Assembly (NCBI GenBank): GCA_036339295.1
Contig: JAYZBK010000079.1
Coordinates: 240 to 64,239 of the forward strand
Reading direction: 5' to 3'
Origin: Planctomycetota bacterium
GTDB lineage: Bacteria > Planctomycetota > Phycisphaerae > Phycisphaerales > SM1A02
DNA length: 64,000 nucleotides
Shown here: in pieces, positions 18,803-28,242 of the stretch
Layout of the letters: the number at the start of each line of letters is the position of its first letter
Numbering within the stretch: the stretch's first letter is position 1
Program-made: the position numbers and the translations under genes
The notes under the pieces: model-generated
The model's database searches: none
What the model was told of the DNA's origin: nothing
Seen by the model: the letters and a program-made list of their open reading frames with translations, nothing else

Positions 18803-19713
18803 CCCCGTTCGTCCATCGGAGCCCTCGACCCCGGCGGCTCTCGCGTCGCTCCCCAGGCCCGCAAGGCGTCCTCGAAGGCGACGCCGAACGACTCCGCGGC
18901 GTCCCGATCGCCGAAGAGGCCCACGTCGACGCTCCATGAAAGGATCTTCGGGGGGGGCTCGCGCCGCACGACGACGTCCATCTCCTGCTCGTCGAGCATC
19001 AGCAGGGTGTACCGATACTGCTCGGGATCGAGGTCGATCGCCTCGATGCGACCACGGTTCGCCCGGATCGAGGCACGGAGGATCGCCTCGGCGCCGTCGA
19101 CCGTGAGCTCCGCATCGCTTCGCCAGGTCGAGTCGACGAGGCGTGCCTCCAGATCGACCAGCTGGCTCGACCGGACGGCCGCGACGTCGTCGCCGGGCAC
19201 CCGGTAGTCGACCGACGCCACCGGTCCCCGCGTCCGCAGCGAGATGGAAGCGGTCGCCCGCCGCCCCCGGACATCGAGATACGACGCCGACACCCGGGCG
19301 GGCTCGAACGCGGATCGCAGGACGGCGGTCTCGATCCGGGGCGCCGCGGTGATCATCGCCCTCGGCACGTCGTCGAAACGAATCCCGTGCAACGCCGGCT
19401 CGAGGGAATCGACCGGCCCCTGGACGAGTTCGCGGAACGTTTTCCGGACCGCCGACTCCTGCTCGCCGTCGAGGACGATCGAGGCCCATCGATCGTCGAT
19501 CGCGGATGCCCCGTCCCGATGATCGGTGGAGACGACTCCCCCGTCGAACATCTCGTTGCTCGCCGCCGCGGGAGGAGGCGGCGGGGATCCGCAGCCGAGG
19601 ATCGCGACCGGGACGGCCAGCACCGACAGCAGCAACCCGGGTCCGGGACATCGCGCGGCCCGGACGAGGGGAGGCGGCTCGAGGAAGGGCGATTCGGTGG
19701 GGTCAGGGCCCAT
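18799..19713 (-). CDS. Hypothetical lipoprotein
   Basis: Signal peptide with lipobox VAILGC followed by a Pro-rich linker. High GC3. No recognisable domain. Confidence 0.6.
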   Translation of the reverse strand: MGPDPTESPFLEPPPLVRAARCPGPGLLLSVLAVPVAILGCGSPPPPPAAASNEMFDGGVVSTDHRDGASAIDDRWASIVLDGEQESAVRKTFRELVQGPVDSLEPALHGIRFDDVPRAMITAAPRIETAVLRSAFEPARVSASYLDVRGRRATASISLRTRGPVASVDYRVPGDDVAAVRSSQLVDLEARLVDSTWRSDAELTVDGAEAILRASIRANRGRIEAIDLDPEQYRYTLLMLDEQEMDVVVRREPPPKILSWSVDVGLFGDRDAAESFGVAFEDALRAWGATREPPGSRAPMDERG

Positions 19714-19775
19714 GGGAGCATCCTAGCGGGCATGCCTGACCGATAAGCCCGGGGCCGCCGATCGAAATCGAGTCG

Positions 19776-22280
19776 GTGGGGTCGACGCAACGGATAGAGT
19801 GGCAGGCGATTCCGGGAGGCCGGGCGCCGCCGGAACCGAGTCGAGACCGGAGACCACGCTTCCCCGTGCTCAGCAGATTCTTCAAGTCGAGGCCGAACCG
19901 TCGACGCCGCATCGCCGCGGCGCTCCGACCCAAGTCGCCGTCGGTTGCCGAACTCCTTCGGCAGCCTCGGTTCGCCTACGGCGGCGTCGCGGTCGTGGTC
20001 GCCGCCGTCCTCCTGACCACGATCGTCGTGTGGGGCCGCACCCAGCCCCGGGTGTGGGTCGGACAGGTCGCCACCGACAGCCTCGTCAACCCTCGGGCCT
20101 TCGACCTGCCGGATCTCGAGGAGACCGGACGGCAGCAGGACGTCGCCCGCCTCGCGGCCCCCCGCGTCTACCAGGCCAATGCCGCGGTCCTCGACGACCT
20201 CCGCGCGAAGATCGCCGGGCTTCCGGTGGCGGTGCGGTCGGTCACGATCCTCGAGGAGGTCGCCCCCGACCTCAGGGACCGATTCGAACTCAAGGACGAC
20301 TCCCTCTCCGTGCTGAAGCGATTCGCGGGAACCAACGGCCCCGACGCCGCCCCGAACTGGCGCGACTGGACGGACGAGTTCGTCCGACGGCTCTGGACGA
20401 CGGAGCCGCTCCTCGCTTCCCAGGAGTTCCAGAAGTTCTCGACCGTCTCGAGCCGGCTCGTCCTGCCTCCGGCGACGACCGGTGCGACCGACGTCATCGC
20501 GGAGGCCGGCCCGAAGGCCGCCGCTTCCGACGCCACGCCGTCCCCCGGCGAATCACCGGACGCCGCCTCCCCGACCATCGATCTCTCCGAGGCGATCGCG
20601 GTCTCGGAAGCCGTCGACCTCACCACGGAGTCCGGGGACGCCGGGGTTCGCAACGCCATCGAGCGTCTGGCCGAGACCGCGGGATTCACGAACGCCGCCG
20701 CGAAGATCGTGACCGCGGCCCTGATGACCAAGCCGGCACCGACGATCTCCTTCGATGCGGACGCGACCCGGGAGGCCGGGGACCTCGCCGCCGCCCGAGT
20801 CCCGATGGTCGAGATCAACCATCCCGCAGGCGAGGTGATCTTCCGGCGCGGCGAGGTCATCGGCCTGGACGACCTCGCGACCGCCCGCGAGGCGCTGGCC
20901 CGCGCGTTCTCCAGCAACCTCGTCGACGGTGGCTGGGGCCAGGTGCCCGGGTGGATCCTCCTCTCGACCGTCCTCGTCCTGATGCTCGCCGGGCACGGCG
21001 TCATCTTCTACGGACCGATCGCCCGATCGACCTCGCGCCTCGCGGTCGTCGTCCTCCTGCTGGTCGCCGCGACCGGGATCGGAACGGCGTTCGCGGTGAT
21101 GATCCCGAGGCTGGGCCCGTTCGGCTCCAGCCTCGCGGTCTCCCTCCTGTCGATCACCCTCGCCCTCGCGTACGACCGCAGGATCGCGATCTTCGCCTCG
21201 GTCCTCCTCGCGATCGCGATGACCGTCTCGACCGGCGGCAGTCCCTCGACCACCATCGCGATCCTCGCGACCGGTGCGGGCTTCGCGTCGCTCCTCGCGA
21301 CGATCCCGAATCGAGGCGCGTTCGTCCGGGCCACCGTGATCTCGGGCGGCATCGCGATGATCGCGTTCCTCGCCTCCGGGCTCGCGATCACCCCGCTCTC
21401 GACCGACGGGGCGGCCCTCCAGATCGCGGCCGGAGCGGTTCTCGCGGGCGCCGGGGCGCTCGTCGCCGGCTTCATCATGCTCGGCGTCATGCCCACGATC
21501 GAGCAGCTCTTCGACATCACGACCGGACTGGCCCTCGCGGAACTGCGGGACACGCGACAGCCCCTCCTTCGCGAACTGCAGAGTCGGGCGCCCGGCACCT
21601 ACAACCACTCGCTCGCGGTCGCCTCGATCGCGGAGAGCGCCGCCGAGTCCATCGGGGCCGACAGTCGCCTCGTCTACGTCGGAGGGCTCTACCACGACGT
21701 CGGCAAGCTGAACAAGCCCGAGTACTTCATCGAGAACCAGATCGGTGGAGACAACAAGCACGACAAGCTGAGCCCGGCGATGAGCCTGCTGGTGATCATC
21801 GGGCACGTCAAGGACGGACTCGAGCTCGCCCAGGAGTACGGTCTGCCCCGCGTGCTTCGACACTTCATCGAGAGCCACCACGGCACCTCGCTGGTCGAGT
21901 ACTTCTTCCACGCGGCCCGCGAGGCCGCGGCGGACGAGGGCGAGGAGGTCGAGGAGTTCTCGTATCGATACCCGGGGCCCAAGCCCCGGACGAAGGAGGC
22001 GGCGATCCTCCTTCTGTGCGACGGCATCGAGAGTGCCGCCCGGACCATGAAGGACCCCACCCCGAGTCGGATCGAGACGCTCGTGCGGACGATGTCCCGG
22101 CGACGGCTGGACGACGGACAGCTCGACGAGTGCGAGCTGACCTTCAGCGACCTGCGGGTGATCGCGGACTCGATCATCAAGTCCCTCTGCGCGATCTACC
22201 ACTCCCGGATCGTCTATCCCGGCGGCCGCGAGGAGAAGGACGAACGCGAGAGCACGGCCGCGGCCGTCGGCGGATCCTGA
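19776..22280 (+). CDS. 7TM-HD membrane phosphohydrolase (PgpH/YqfF-like HDIG protein)
   Basis: Large N-terminal extracytoplasmic region, about 7 TM helices, then an HD domain (HSLAVASIAE...YHDVGK...HHG). The start is uncertain. GTG 19866 (VLSRFFKSRPNRRRR) is an alternative to GTG 19776. Confidence 0.8.
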   Translation: MGSTQRIEWQAIPGGRAPPEPSRDRRPRFPVLSRFFKSRPNRRRRIAAALRPKSPSVAELLRQPRFAYGGVAVVVAAVLLTTIVVWGRTQPRVWVGQVATDSLVNPRAFDLPDLEETGRQQDVARLAAPRVYQANAAVLDDLRAKIAGLPVAVRSVTILEEVAPDLRDRFELKDDSLSVLKRFAGTNGPDAAPNWRDWTDEFVRRLWTTEPLLASQEFQKFSTVSSRLVLPPATTGATDVIAEAGPKAAASDATPSPGESPDAASPTIDLSEAIAVSEAVDLTTESGDAGVRNAIERLAETAGFTNAAAKIVTAALMTKPAPTISFDADATREAGDLAAARVPMVEINHPAGEVIFRRGEVIGLDDLATAREALARAFSSNLVDGGWGQVPGWILLSTVLVLMLAGHGVIFYGPIARSTSRLAVVVLLLVAATGIGTAFAVMIPRLGPFGSSLAVSLLSITLALAYDRRIAIFASVLLAIAMTVSTGGSPSTTIAILATGAGFASLLATIPNRGAFVRATVISGGIAMIAFLASGLAITPLSTDGAALQIAAGAVLAGAGALVAGFIMLGVMPTIEQLFDITTGLALAELRDTRQPLLRELQSRAPGTYNHSLAVASIAESAAESIGADSRLVYVGGLYHDVGKLNKPEYFIENQIGGDNKHDKLSPAMSLLVIIGHVKDGLELAQEYGLPRVLRHFIESHHGTSLVEYFFHAAREAAADEGEEVEEFSYRYPGPKPRTKEAAILLLCDGIESAARTMKDPTPSRIETLVRTMSRRRLDDGQLDECELTFSDLRVIADSIIKSLCAIYHSRIVYPGGREEKDERESTAAAVGGS

Positions 22281-22302
22281 GTCGGGACCGGGCCCGTTCC
22301 GG

Positions 22303-23436
22303 TCACGTCGAGGACTCGTCCGAACCGGTGGCCGACCAGCCGAACTCGTCGATCAATCCGCGGACCGGCTTGGGACAGCCCAGCTCGGCGGCCCGGCCCC
22401 GATCGAACCAGCCCCGGTCAGGCAGCCCCTCCGCGGGCGTCCCGTCGTTCGTCGCCGTCGCCTCGAACAGGTGGAGGTGGACTTCCCGATGGGTCAGAAG
22501 TCTCCGGACCCGCGTGATGGGAACCGCGGCCTCGCACCAGTCGCCGAGGCGAGAGGCGACCGCGTCGGCTTCGAGCTCGACCTCGGACTCGACGCCGATC
22601 GGTTGCCAGAGTCCGCCCCAGATCCCCCCGCGAGGTCGACGTTCGAGCAGCAGTTCGTCGCCTCGACGAACCAGCACCAGGTGAAGGTGGATGACGGTCC
22701 GCACCGGCCGGGGCTTCGGTCGGGGGACGTCGGTCTCGATGCCCGCCGCTCGAGCCCGGCAGGCGGTGGCCAGCGGACACCCGTCGCAGCGAGGCGACGC
22801 GGGCGTGCACACCGTCGCGCCGAGCTCCATCACCGCCTCGTTGACGCGACCCGGTCGCGGCGTCGCTCCCACCATGACCTTCGATGCCGCCCAGGAGGCT
22901 TCGAGGAGCTCCGGGTCGTCGGCGACCAGGTCGAGGCCCCCGAGGCGGGCGACGACCCGCGCGACGTTTCCGTCGACGATCGGCTCGGCGAGGTCGAAGG
23001 CGATGGAGGCGATGGCCCCGGCCGTGTACCGCCCGACGCCGGGAAGCGCCAGCAACGCCGCGGCATCCGCGGGCACCTCCCCTCCGTGTTCATCCACGAT
23101 CGCCTTCGCCGTGGCGTGCAGGAACCGGGCCCGTCGGTAGTACCCCATGCCCTCCCACGCCGCGAGGACGTCGGCCTCCCCCGCCGCCACCATCGCCGCG
23201 GGCGTCGGGTAGCGATCGAGGAAGGCCTCGAATCGCTCCTCGACCCGCGACACCTGCGTCTGCTGGAGCATGAACTCGCTCACGAGGGTCCGCCAGGGGG
23301 ATGTTCGCCGGCGCCACGGGAGATCCCGGGCGGAGGTCGAGAACCAGGCGAGGAGGGGCTGGACGATCTCCCGCTCGACCGACCTCGCGTCGTCGAACGG
23401 GGGCTTCGGGTGGGAATCGCGGGGGGTGGCCGCCAT
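22303..23436 (-). CDS. mutY: A/G-specific adenine DNA glycosylase
   Basis: LPWRR...PWRTLVSEFMLQQTQV, HhH motif LPGVGRYTAGAI, 4Fe-4S cluster CTPASPRCDGCPLATAC, C-terminal NUDIX-like domain. Confidence 0.9.
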   Translation of the reverse strand: MAATPRDSHPKPPFDDARSVEREIVQPLLAWFSTSARDLPWRRRTSPWRTLVSEFMLQQTQVSRVEERFEAFLDRYPTPAAMVAAGEADVLAAWEGMGYYRRARFLHATAKAIVDEHGGEVPADAAALLALPGVGRYTAGAIASIAFDLAEPIVDGNVARVVARLGGLDLVADDPELLEASWAASKVMVGATPRPGRVNEAVMELGATVCTPASPRCDGCPLATACRARAAGIETDVPRPKPRPVRTVIHLHLVLVRRGDELLLERRPRGGIWGGLWQPIGVESEVELEADAVASRLGDWCEAAVPITRVRRLLTHREVHLHLFEATATNDGTPAEGLPDRGWFDRGRAAELGCPKPVRGLIDEFGWSATGSDESST

Positions 23437-23601
23437 GACACCATTCTGAGGGGGATCCGGTCGCCGTGGGGCTGCGAATCGGGTTCTTGCAGGTGCTTCG
23501 GGACCGGGGTACCCTTGCCTCCCTCGCTCGGGTCAGCTCGGCCCGGACGCCCACGAACCCCCGACGGCCGCCTGGCCGACGGATCAGGAATCGGACCTGA
23601 C

Positions 23602-24486
23602 ATGGCGAAGATGTTCTACACGGCCGAAGAGGCCGCAGCGAAGCTCGGCAAGAGCGTTGACGACCTGCTCGAGATGGCCCAGAGCGGTGCCGTGCAGTCC
23701 TTCAAGCAGGAAGACCAGGACATGTTCCGGGTCGAGCAGATCGACATGATGGCGTCCGAGGAAGACGACCTCGGCGATCTCGACATCGCCCTCGAGGACA
23801 GTGGCGAGTCCGATCCGCTGAGCCTCTCCGGATCGGCCCCCGCGATGGACCTCTCCGCCGAGTCCGACAACGAGGGCATGGACCTCGACCTCGGCGGCGG
23901 TCTCGACGACATCGGCCTCGAGGACTCCGCCCCCGCGGGCGACGACAGCTTCCTCGCGGGCAGCGCGATGGGCACCGGCGTCAGCGCCTTCGAAGCCGAC
24001 GATGCCAAGTCCGGGGACGATCTCCTCGACGACGACCTCTCCCTCGAGACGGTCGGCAGCGGCAGCGGCCTGCTCGACCTGACCCGCGAATCCGACGACA
24101 CCTCGCTCGGGGCGGAACTCCTCGACGAGGTCTATTCCAACGACGACAGCGGCGCCCCCGCCAGCGCGAGCGGCCTGTTCGAGGCGGTGGGCGGCGACGC
24201 TCCCTCCTCGACGGACGACATGAGCAGCATGGGGATCGCGGCCAACGTCCCGGTGGTGGTCGAGACCTACGACGGTGGCTGGTCCGGCCTCGCGGTCGGC
24301 ATGGGCATCGTCGCCGTCGCCTCGCTCTGCCTGGTCGGCCTGATGGCGATGGTCTCGGGCACCGACACCCTTCCCGCCGTCTCCGAGATGATGACGGGCA
24401 GCATGCTCGTCTGGTTCGGCGGCCTCCTCGGTGGCCTCCTCATCTTCGGCCTCCTCGGATTCTTCATCGGGAAGGCCTCCGAGTGA
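23602..24486 (+). CDS. Membrane-tethered protein: N-terminal HTH-like domain, long acidic linker, C-terminal TM helices
   Basis: Real gene is the last 294 aa of track ORF 22471..24486 (ATG 23602). MAKMFYTAEEAAAKLGKSVDDLLEMAQSG resembles excisionase/MerR-type HTH. About 170 aa are D/E/S/G-rich. Two C-terminal hydrophobic helices. Confidence 0.65.
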   Translation: MAKMFYTAEEAAAKLGKSVDDLLEMAQSGAVQSFKQEDQDMFRVEQIDMMASEEDDLGDLDIALEDSGESDPLSLSGSAPAMDLSAESDNEGMDLDLGGGLDDIGLEDSAPAGDDSFLAGSAMGTGVSAFEADDAKSGDDLLDDDLSLETVGSGSGLLDLTRESDDTSLGAELLDEVYSNDDSGAPASASGLFEAVGGDAPSSTDDMSSMGIAANVPVVVETYDGGWSGLAVGMGIVAVASLCLVGLMAMVSGTDTLPAVSEMMTGSMLVWFGGLLGGLLIFGLLGFFIGKASE

Positions 24487-24526
24487 TCCGACGACCGGCC
24501 TCGTCCGGCAAGGAAGGCTTGCAACC

Positions 24527-25195
24527 GTGCTTCTGACTCACCACGGCCGTCGCGAATGGGGATTCGCGACGGCCGTTCTCGTCCTGCTCGGGGTCCCGGC
24601 CGTCGTCCTCGGATGGTGGTGGGCCCTCGTGCCCCTGGGCCTCGGCTGGATCGCGGTCGCGGGCTTCTTCCGGGATCCACTCGGACGGAGACCGGCGAGC
24701 GACGATCCCCGCGACCTCGTCTCCCCGGCCGACGGACGGATCAGCGCGATCGAGCGCGTCGACGCCCACGAGGCGACCGACGACGGCCCGGCCGTCGTGA
24801 TCCGGATCTTCCTGAGCGTCCTGGACGTCCACCTGAACCGGTCCCCGGCCGACGCCGTCGTCGAGTCGATCCATCACCGGCCCGGCCGGTACCTCGACGC
24901 ACGGTCGGAGGAATCCGCCCGGGTGAACGAGAGCAACCTCATCCGCCTGAGACTGGACGACGGGACGCCGATCGGTGTCCGACAGGTCTCGGGAGCCATC
25001 GCCCGTCGCATCGTGTGCCCCCTCGCTCCGGGGGACCGCCTCCGGCGTGCGGCGCGTTTCGGCATGATCAAGTTCGGGTCCACGACCGAACTCGTCGTGC
25101 CCGCGGAGCCGGGGCTCGAGGTCCTGGTGTCCGTCGGGGATCGAACGACCGGAGGGGTCACGATCCTCGCGCGACGCGACGTCGACGGGTCCTGA
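24527..25195 (+). CDS. psd: Phosphatidylserine decarboxylase proenzyme (short type)
   Basis: GTG 24527 preceded by AGGAAGG (24511-24517). LVSPADGRI, HLNRSP, self-cleavage motif FGSTTEL. Confidence 0.85.
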   Translation: MLLTHHGRREWGFATAVLVLLGVPAVVLGWWWALVPLGLGWIAVAGFFRDPLGRRPASDDPRDLVSPADGRISAIERVDAHEATDDGPAVVIRIFLSVLDVHLNRSPADAVVESIHHRPGRYLDARSEESARVNESNLIRLRLDDGTPIGVRQVSGAIARRIVCPLAPGDRLRRAARFGMIKFGSTTELVVPAEPGLEVLVSVGDRTTGGVTILARRDVDGS

Positions 25196-25218
25196 TCCAG
25201 CCCTGGTTCAGGCCTCGG

Positions 25219-26310
25219 TCAGCCCTCGAACTCGTTCCACTCGTCCTCGGGCTCCTCCGGCCAGTCCTGCTCCATGCGGTTGTGGACCCGGATCAGCGTG
25301 GCGAGCTGTTCGGCGAGGATCCCTCGCAGCGAATCGAGCGCGCTCCCGACGGCGTCGTCGAAGCCGTTCGAGGCGTCGCGGAACATGAACATCATCGCGA
25401 GGCACTCGCCGTCGTGACGGCACGGGATCGCGATCATCTCCACGTCGTCGGGAACGTCCTCGCCGAGCTCGCAGTCCCGGATGAAGGCCGAGGCGTCCTC
25501 GAAGCGAAGGATGTCCTGCTCCTCGGTCATGCGCGGGCAGGCCTCGTCGGAGAGACGCTGGAGCATCGGCTCCACCGACTTCCGGGAGTGCTCGTAGTTG
25601 ACGTAGGCACCGAGACCGAATCGGCCGTCGCCTCCCGCGAGGAACACCGCGGCGTTGGTCGGCCCGGTCTTCACGAGCAGGTACTCGAGCGAGGTCCGAA
25701 GCAGGTCCTCGACGTCCAGTTCCTGGCGGATCAGCGTCCGGAACTCGCTGCACATCTCGATCGTGGAGTCGTCCGACGCGGTCGGACCCGGGACGACCTG
25801 GTCCTCGACCGAGGCCCCGGAATCGGAATCGGCACCCTGGTCGAGTCGCCGGCTCAGTTCCGCGATGCGGCGGCCGAGTCGCTTGCGGGCGTCGTTCTCC
25901 CGGCTCCGCGAGACCGCCTGGAAGAGCCGTTCCTCCACCTGGTCGGAGTCGAGATCCCCCCGGAGGAAGTCCGAAGCGCCGAGTCTCATGGTGCGGGTGA
26001 CCTCCTCGATGCCCGCGGCACCGGCCGCGACGAGGAAGGAGGCGGACGGTTGAAGGCGTCGAACGGTGCCGGCGATCTCCTCGTCGCAGTCGCTGCTCGG
26101 AAGCAGCACGACGTCGAAGGTCTCCTCCACCAGCTTGCCGTGGAGCGTGTCGAGGGAATCGGCGACCTGGCAGGTCCAGTCGGTCCCGGCCTCCACGAGG
26201 GCGGCGACGGTCATCGTCTCGGGCTGCGAGACGAAGACGAGGATCCTCGGAGTCGGGTGCTCGTCGGTTCGCGCATCACCCAGGTTCGACGTGTCGGGCT
26301 CGAAGTCCAT
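25219..26310 (-). CDS. Pseudo-receiver domain protein with GAF-like C-terminal domain
   Basis: Start set at ATG 26310 because GGAGAGGAG lies 6 nt upstream and codons further upstream lose GC3 bias. CheY-like fold (RILVFVS...DVVLLPSS...) lacks the acidic pocket and the phospho-acceptor Asp (Pro in its place). Confidence 0.65.
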   Translation of the reverse strand: MDFEPDTSNLGDARTDEHPTPRILVFVSQPETMTVAALVEAGTDWTCQVADSLDTLHGKLVEETFDVVLLPSSDCDEEIAGTVRRLQPSASFLVAAGAAGIEEVTRTMRLGASDFLRGDLDSDQVEERLFQAVSRSRENDARKRLGRRIAELSRRLDQGADSDSGASVEDQVVPGPTASDDSTIEMCSEFRTLIRQELDVEDLLRTSLEYLLVKTGPTNAAVFLAGGDGRFGLGAYVNYEHSRKSVEPMLQRLSDEACPRMTEEQDILRFEDASAFIRDCELGEDVPDDVEMIAIPCRHDGECLAMMFMFRDASNGFDDAVGSALDSLRGILAEQLATLIRVHNRMEQDWPEEPEDEWNEFEG

Positions 26311-26620
26311 CGGAATCTCCTCTCCGGTCCCGGACCGACCGCGGTTCATGGCGGTCGAGTCCGTCCCGTCCCGTTCGCGAGCGTGGCGACACGCCACCCG
26401 TGCGACGGGACGAATCGAATCGCGACGACATCGCCGCGACGTTGATGGGAGTTCCATCGACCATCGAAGGGACGGCTTGAGGAGGTGGGAAGGATCCGGC
26501 CACCGAACCGGGACCCCCGGCGGTAAGACCCGCCCCAGAGATCACAGCCGAAACCCGCGGAAGGAATCCGGGAAGTCCGGCTTCAGTCCCCGGATGGACC
26601 GGATCCGGATCGGAGGCGTC

Positions 26621-27358
26621 TTATCGGCCGCTTCGAGCTCGCCAGAGGCGGACCGCCTCCGGGTCGCGTGGGTACAGCGGCCGCAGCGACGCCGCGTCGT
26701 CGGAGTGGATCCACGACGATGGTGCCGACCGCCCGTCATGTCGGACGACCAGGTCGACGATCGCCTCGGGTCGAAGCACGGGCACGCGGATCTCGACGCC
26801 CGCCTCCCGATATGCCGACCTCCAGGACGCATCGAGATGCTCGTCCGCGAGGAGGACATCGGGCATCTCCTCGGTGGGCCGATCGATCAGTCCGGGGGTT
26901 CCCACCGTCGACCAGGCGTCGTCGCCCTCGCCCCTCCGCAGTCGAGTGGACCAGGCCGTGCCCGACTTGGTCGCCGAGATCACGTCGACCGTTCGAATGG
27001 CCGCGTCGCCGTCACCATCGATCGTGGAGCCGACCGCCACCTCCGCGCCCGGGACCCCGACCACCGCCGCACCGGACACCTCCGCCAGCGCTTGTGCGGC
27101 GGTGATCGAGACCCGCAGCCCGCTGAAGCCACCCGGCCCGACATCCACGGCGACGACCTCGAGTTCGCGGGCGGCGACGGAACCCTCGTCCAGGACCTCC
27201 GCGATCGCCGGCAGGAGCTCGTCGCGATCCCGACGACCACCGACGACCTCGCGACGGGCCGAAACGAGCCCGCCCCGCGCCACGGCGACCCCGCCGAGCC
27301 GCTGGGAGAGCTCGATCGCGAGGATCGGTCCCGCTCCCGGGATCGTCTCGGGTCTCAA
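26621..27358 (-). CDS. tsaB: tRNA t6A37 biosynthesis protein TsaB (YeaZ)
   Basis: TTG 27358 preceded by GAGGA. ILAIELS..., AVDVGPGGFSGLRVSITAAQALA. The TTGA overlaps the upstream gene stop. Confidence 0.8.
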   Translation of the reverse strand: MRPETIPGAGPILAIELSQRLGGVAVARGGLVSARREVVGGRRDRDELLPAIAEVLDEGSVAARELEVVAVDVGPGGFSGLRVSITAAQALAEVSGAAVVGVPGAEVAVGSTIDGDGDAAIRTVDVISATKSGTAWSTRLRRGEGDDAWSTVGTPGLIDRPTEEMPDVLLADEHLDASWRSAYREAGVEIRVPVLRPEAIVDLVVRHDGRSAPSSWIHSDDAASLRPLYPRDPEAVRLWRARSGR

Positions 27359-28242
27359 TCCTCGGCTCCGAGGCCGGCCAGCGGAAGCGCCGAGAACAGC
27401 GCGGATTCCACGGAGGGCGGCGCGTCGGAGAGATCGATCGGAAGCACCATGGCCCGCTCGTGATCGGAGTTGAGGAGGATCGTCCGAGGACCGCCGATCC
27501 CGATCCCGTTCTCGACGAAGGCATGCCCGAGCGAGAAGAACTCGACGTTCCAACGTTCCGCCAGCGACTCGACCTGCGCCTCCGTGTGTCCTCGTCCCCA
27601 GACCATCATCCAGGCGCTGCCGTGCATGGGTTCGTAGTCGCGGTCCTCGAGCTCGCGGTCGAGGATCCCGATGTCGAATCGATCCATCATCCCCGGCCCC
27701 GGAAGCGAGTGGGCGCACAGGATCCCGTTCTCGCTCCTCGCGGCGAGCGGCATCGCCCGGACGAACTCGGCCACGGCGTGGGCGACGAGATCGGCCTCGT
27801 CGCCGAACCTCCATGCGAGTCCCTCGTTGAACTTCGTCGTCATGCAGCCCGCGCCCTTGGACACCGAGTGGCCGGCCATCTGGGCGAGTTCATGGTTGGC
27901 GAGCAGCACGTGGACCCGCCCGGGATGGGCGACGAGCAGGCCGGCGACCTTCACGAGCATCCGATAGCTCAGGTCCAGGTCGTTCACCAGCCGCTCACCG
28001 TGGATCAGCTCGTGAAGCACCAGGTGCGCGGTGGGATCCTCGTCGAGGCGGGCGAACTGGAGGACCTTCTGGAAGTGCTGGGGATTGTCGTGCAGGTCGC
28101 CCGTGAGGAGCAGTCGCCCTCGACCCTCGATCCGCGAGACGCAGCCCTCGCGATTGGGTGCATCGCGCATGATCGCGGCAGCCTCCCCGAGGCGGTCGAC
28201 CACCGCGGCGGCATCTTCATCGTCCAGCCGTCGTCCCGGCAT
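27355..28242 (-). CDS. Divergent calcineurin-like metallophosphoesterase
   Basis: Last 295 aa of the 666-aa track ORF (ATG 28242). Motifs GDLHD and LLANHE (GNHE-like). The second GDxxDRG motif is not recognisable. Confidence 0.7.
   Translation of the reverse strand: MPGRRLDDEDAAAVVDRLGEAAAIMRDAPNREGCVSRIEGRGRLLLTGDLHDNPQHFQKVLQFARLDEDPTAHLVLHELIHGERLVNDLDLSYRMLVKVAGLLVAHPGRVHVLLANHELAQMAGHSVSKGAGCMTTKFNEGLAWRFGDEADLVAHAVAEFVRAMPLAARSENGILCAHSLPGPGMMDRFDIGILDRELEDRDYEPMHGSAWMMVWGRGHTEAQVESLAERWNVEFFSLGHAFVENGIGIGGPRTILLNSDHERAMVLPIDLSDAPPSVESALFSALPLAGLGAED

Noticed and set aside
17009-19651. 880-aa minus-strand ORF.
   Set aside because: Antisense to gatC/gatA and out of frame with the lipoprotein gene. 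No motifs.
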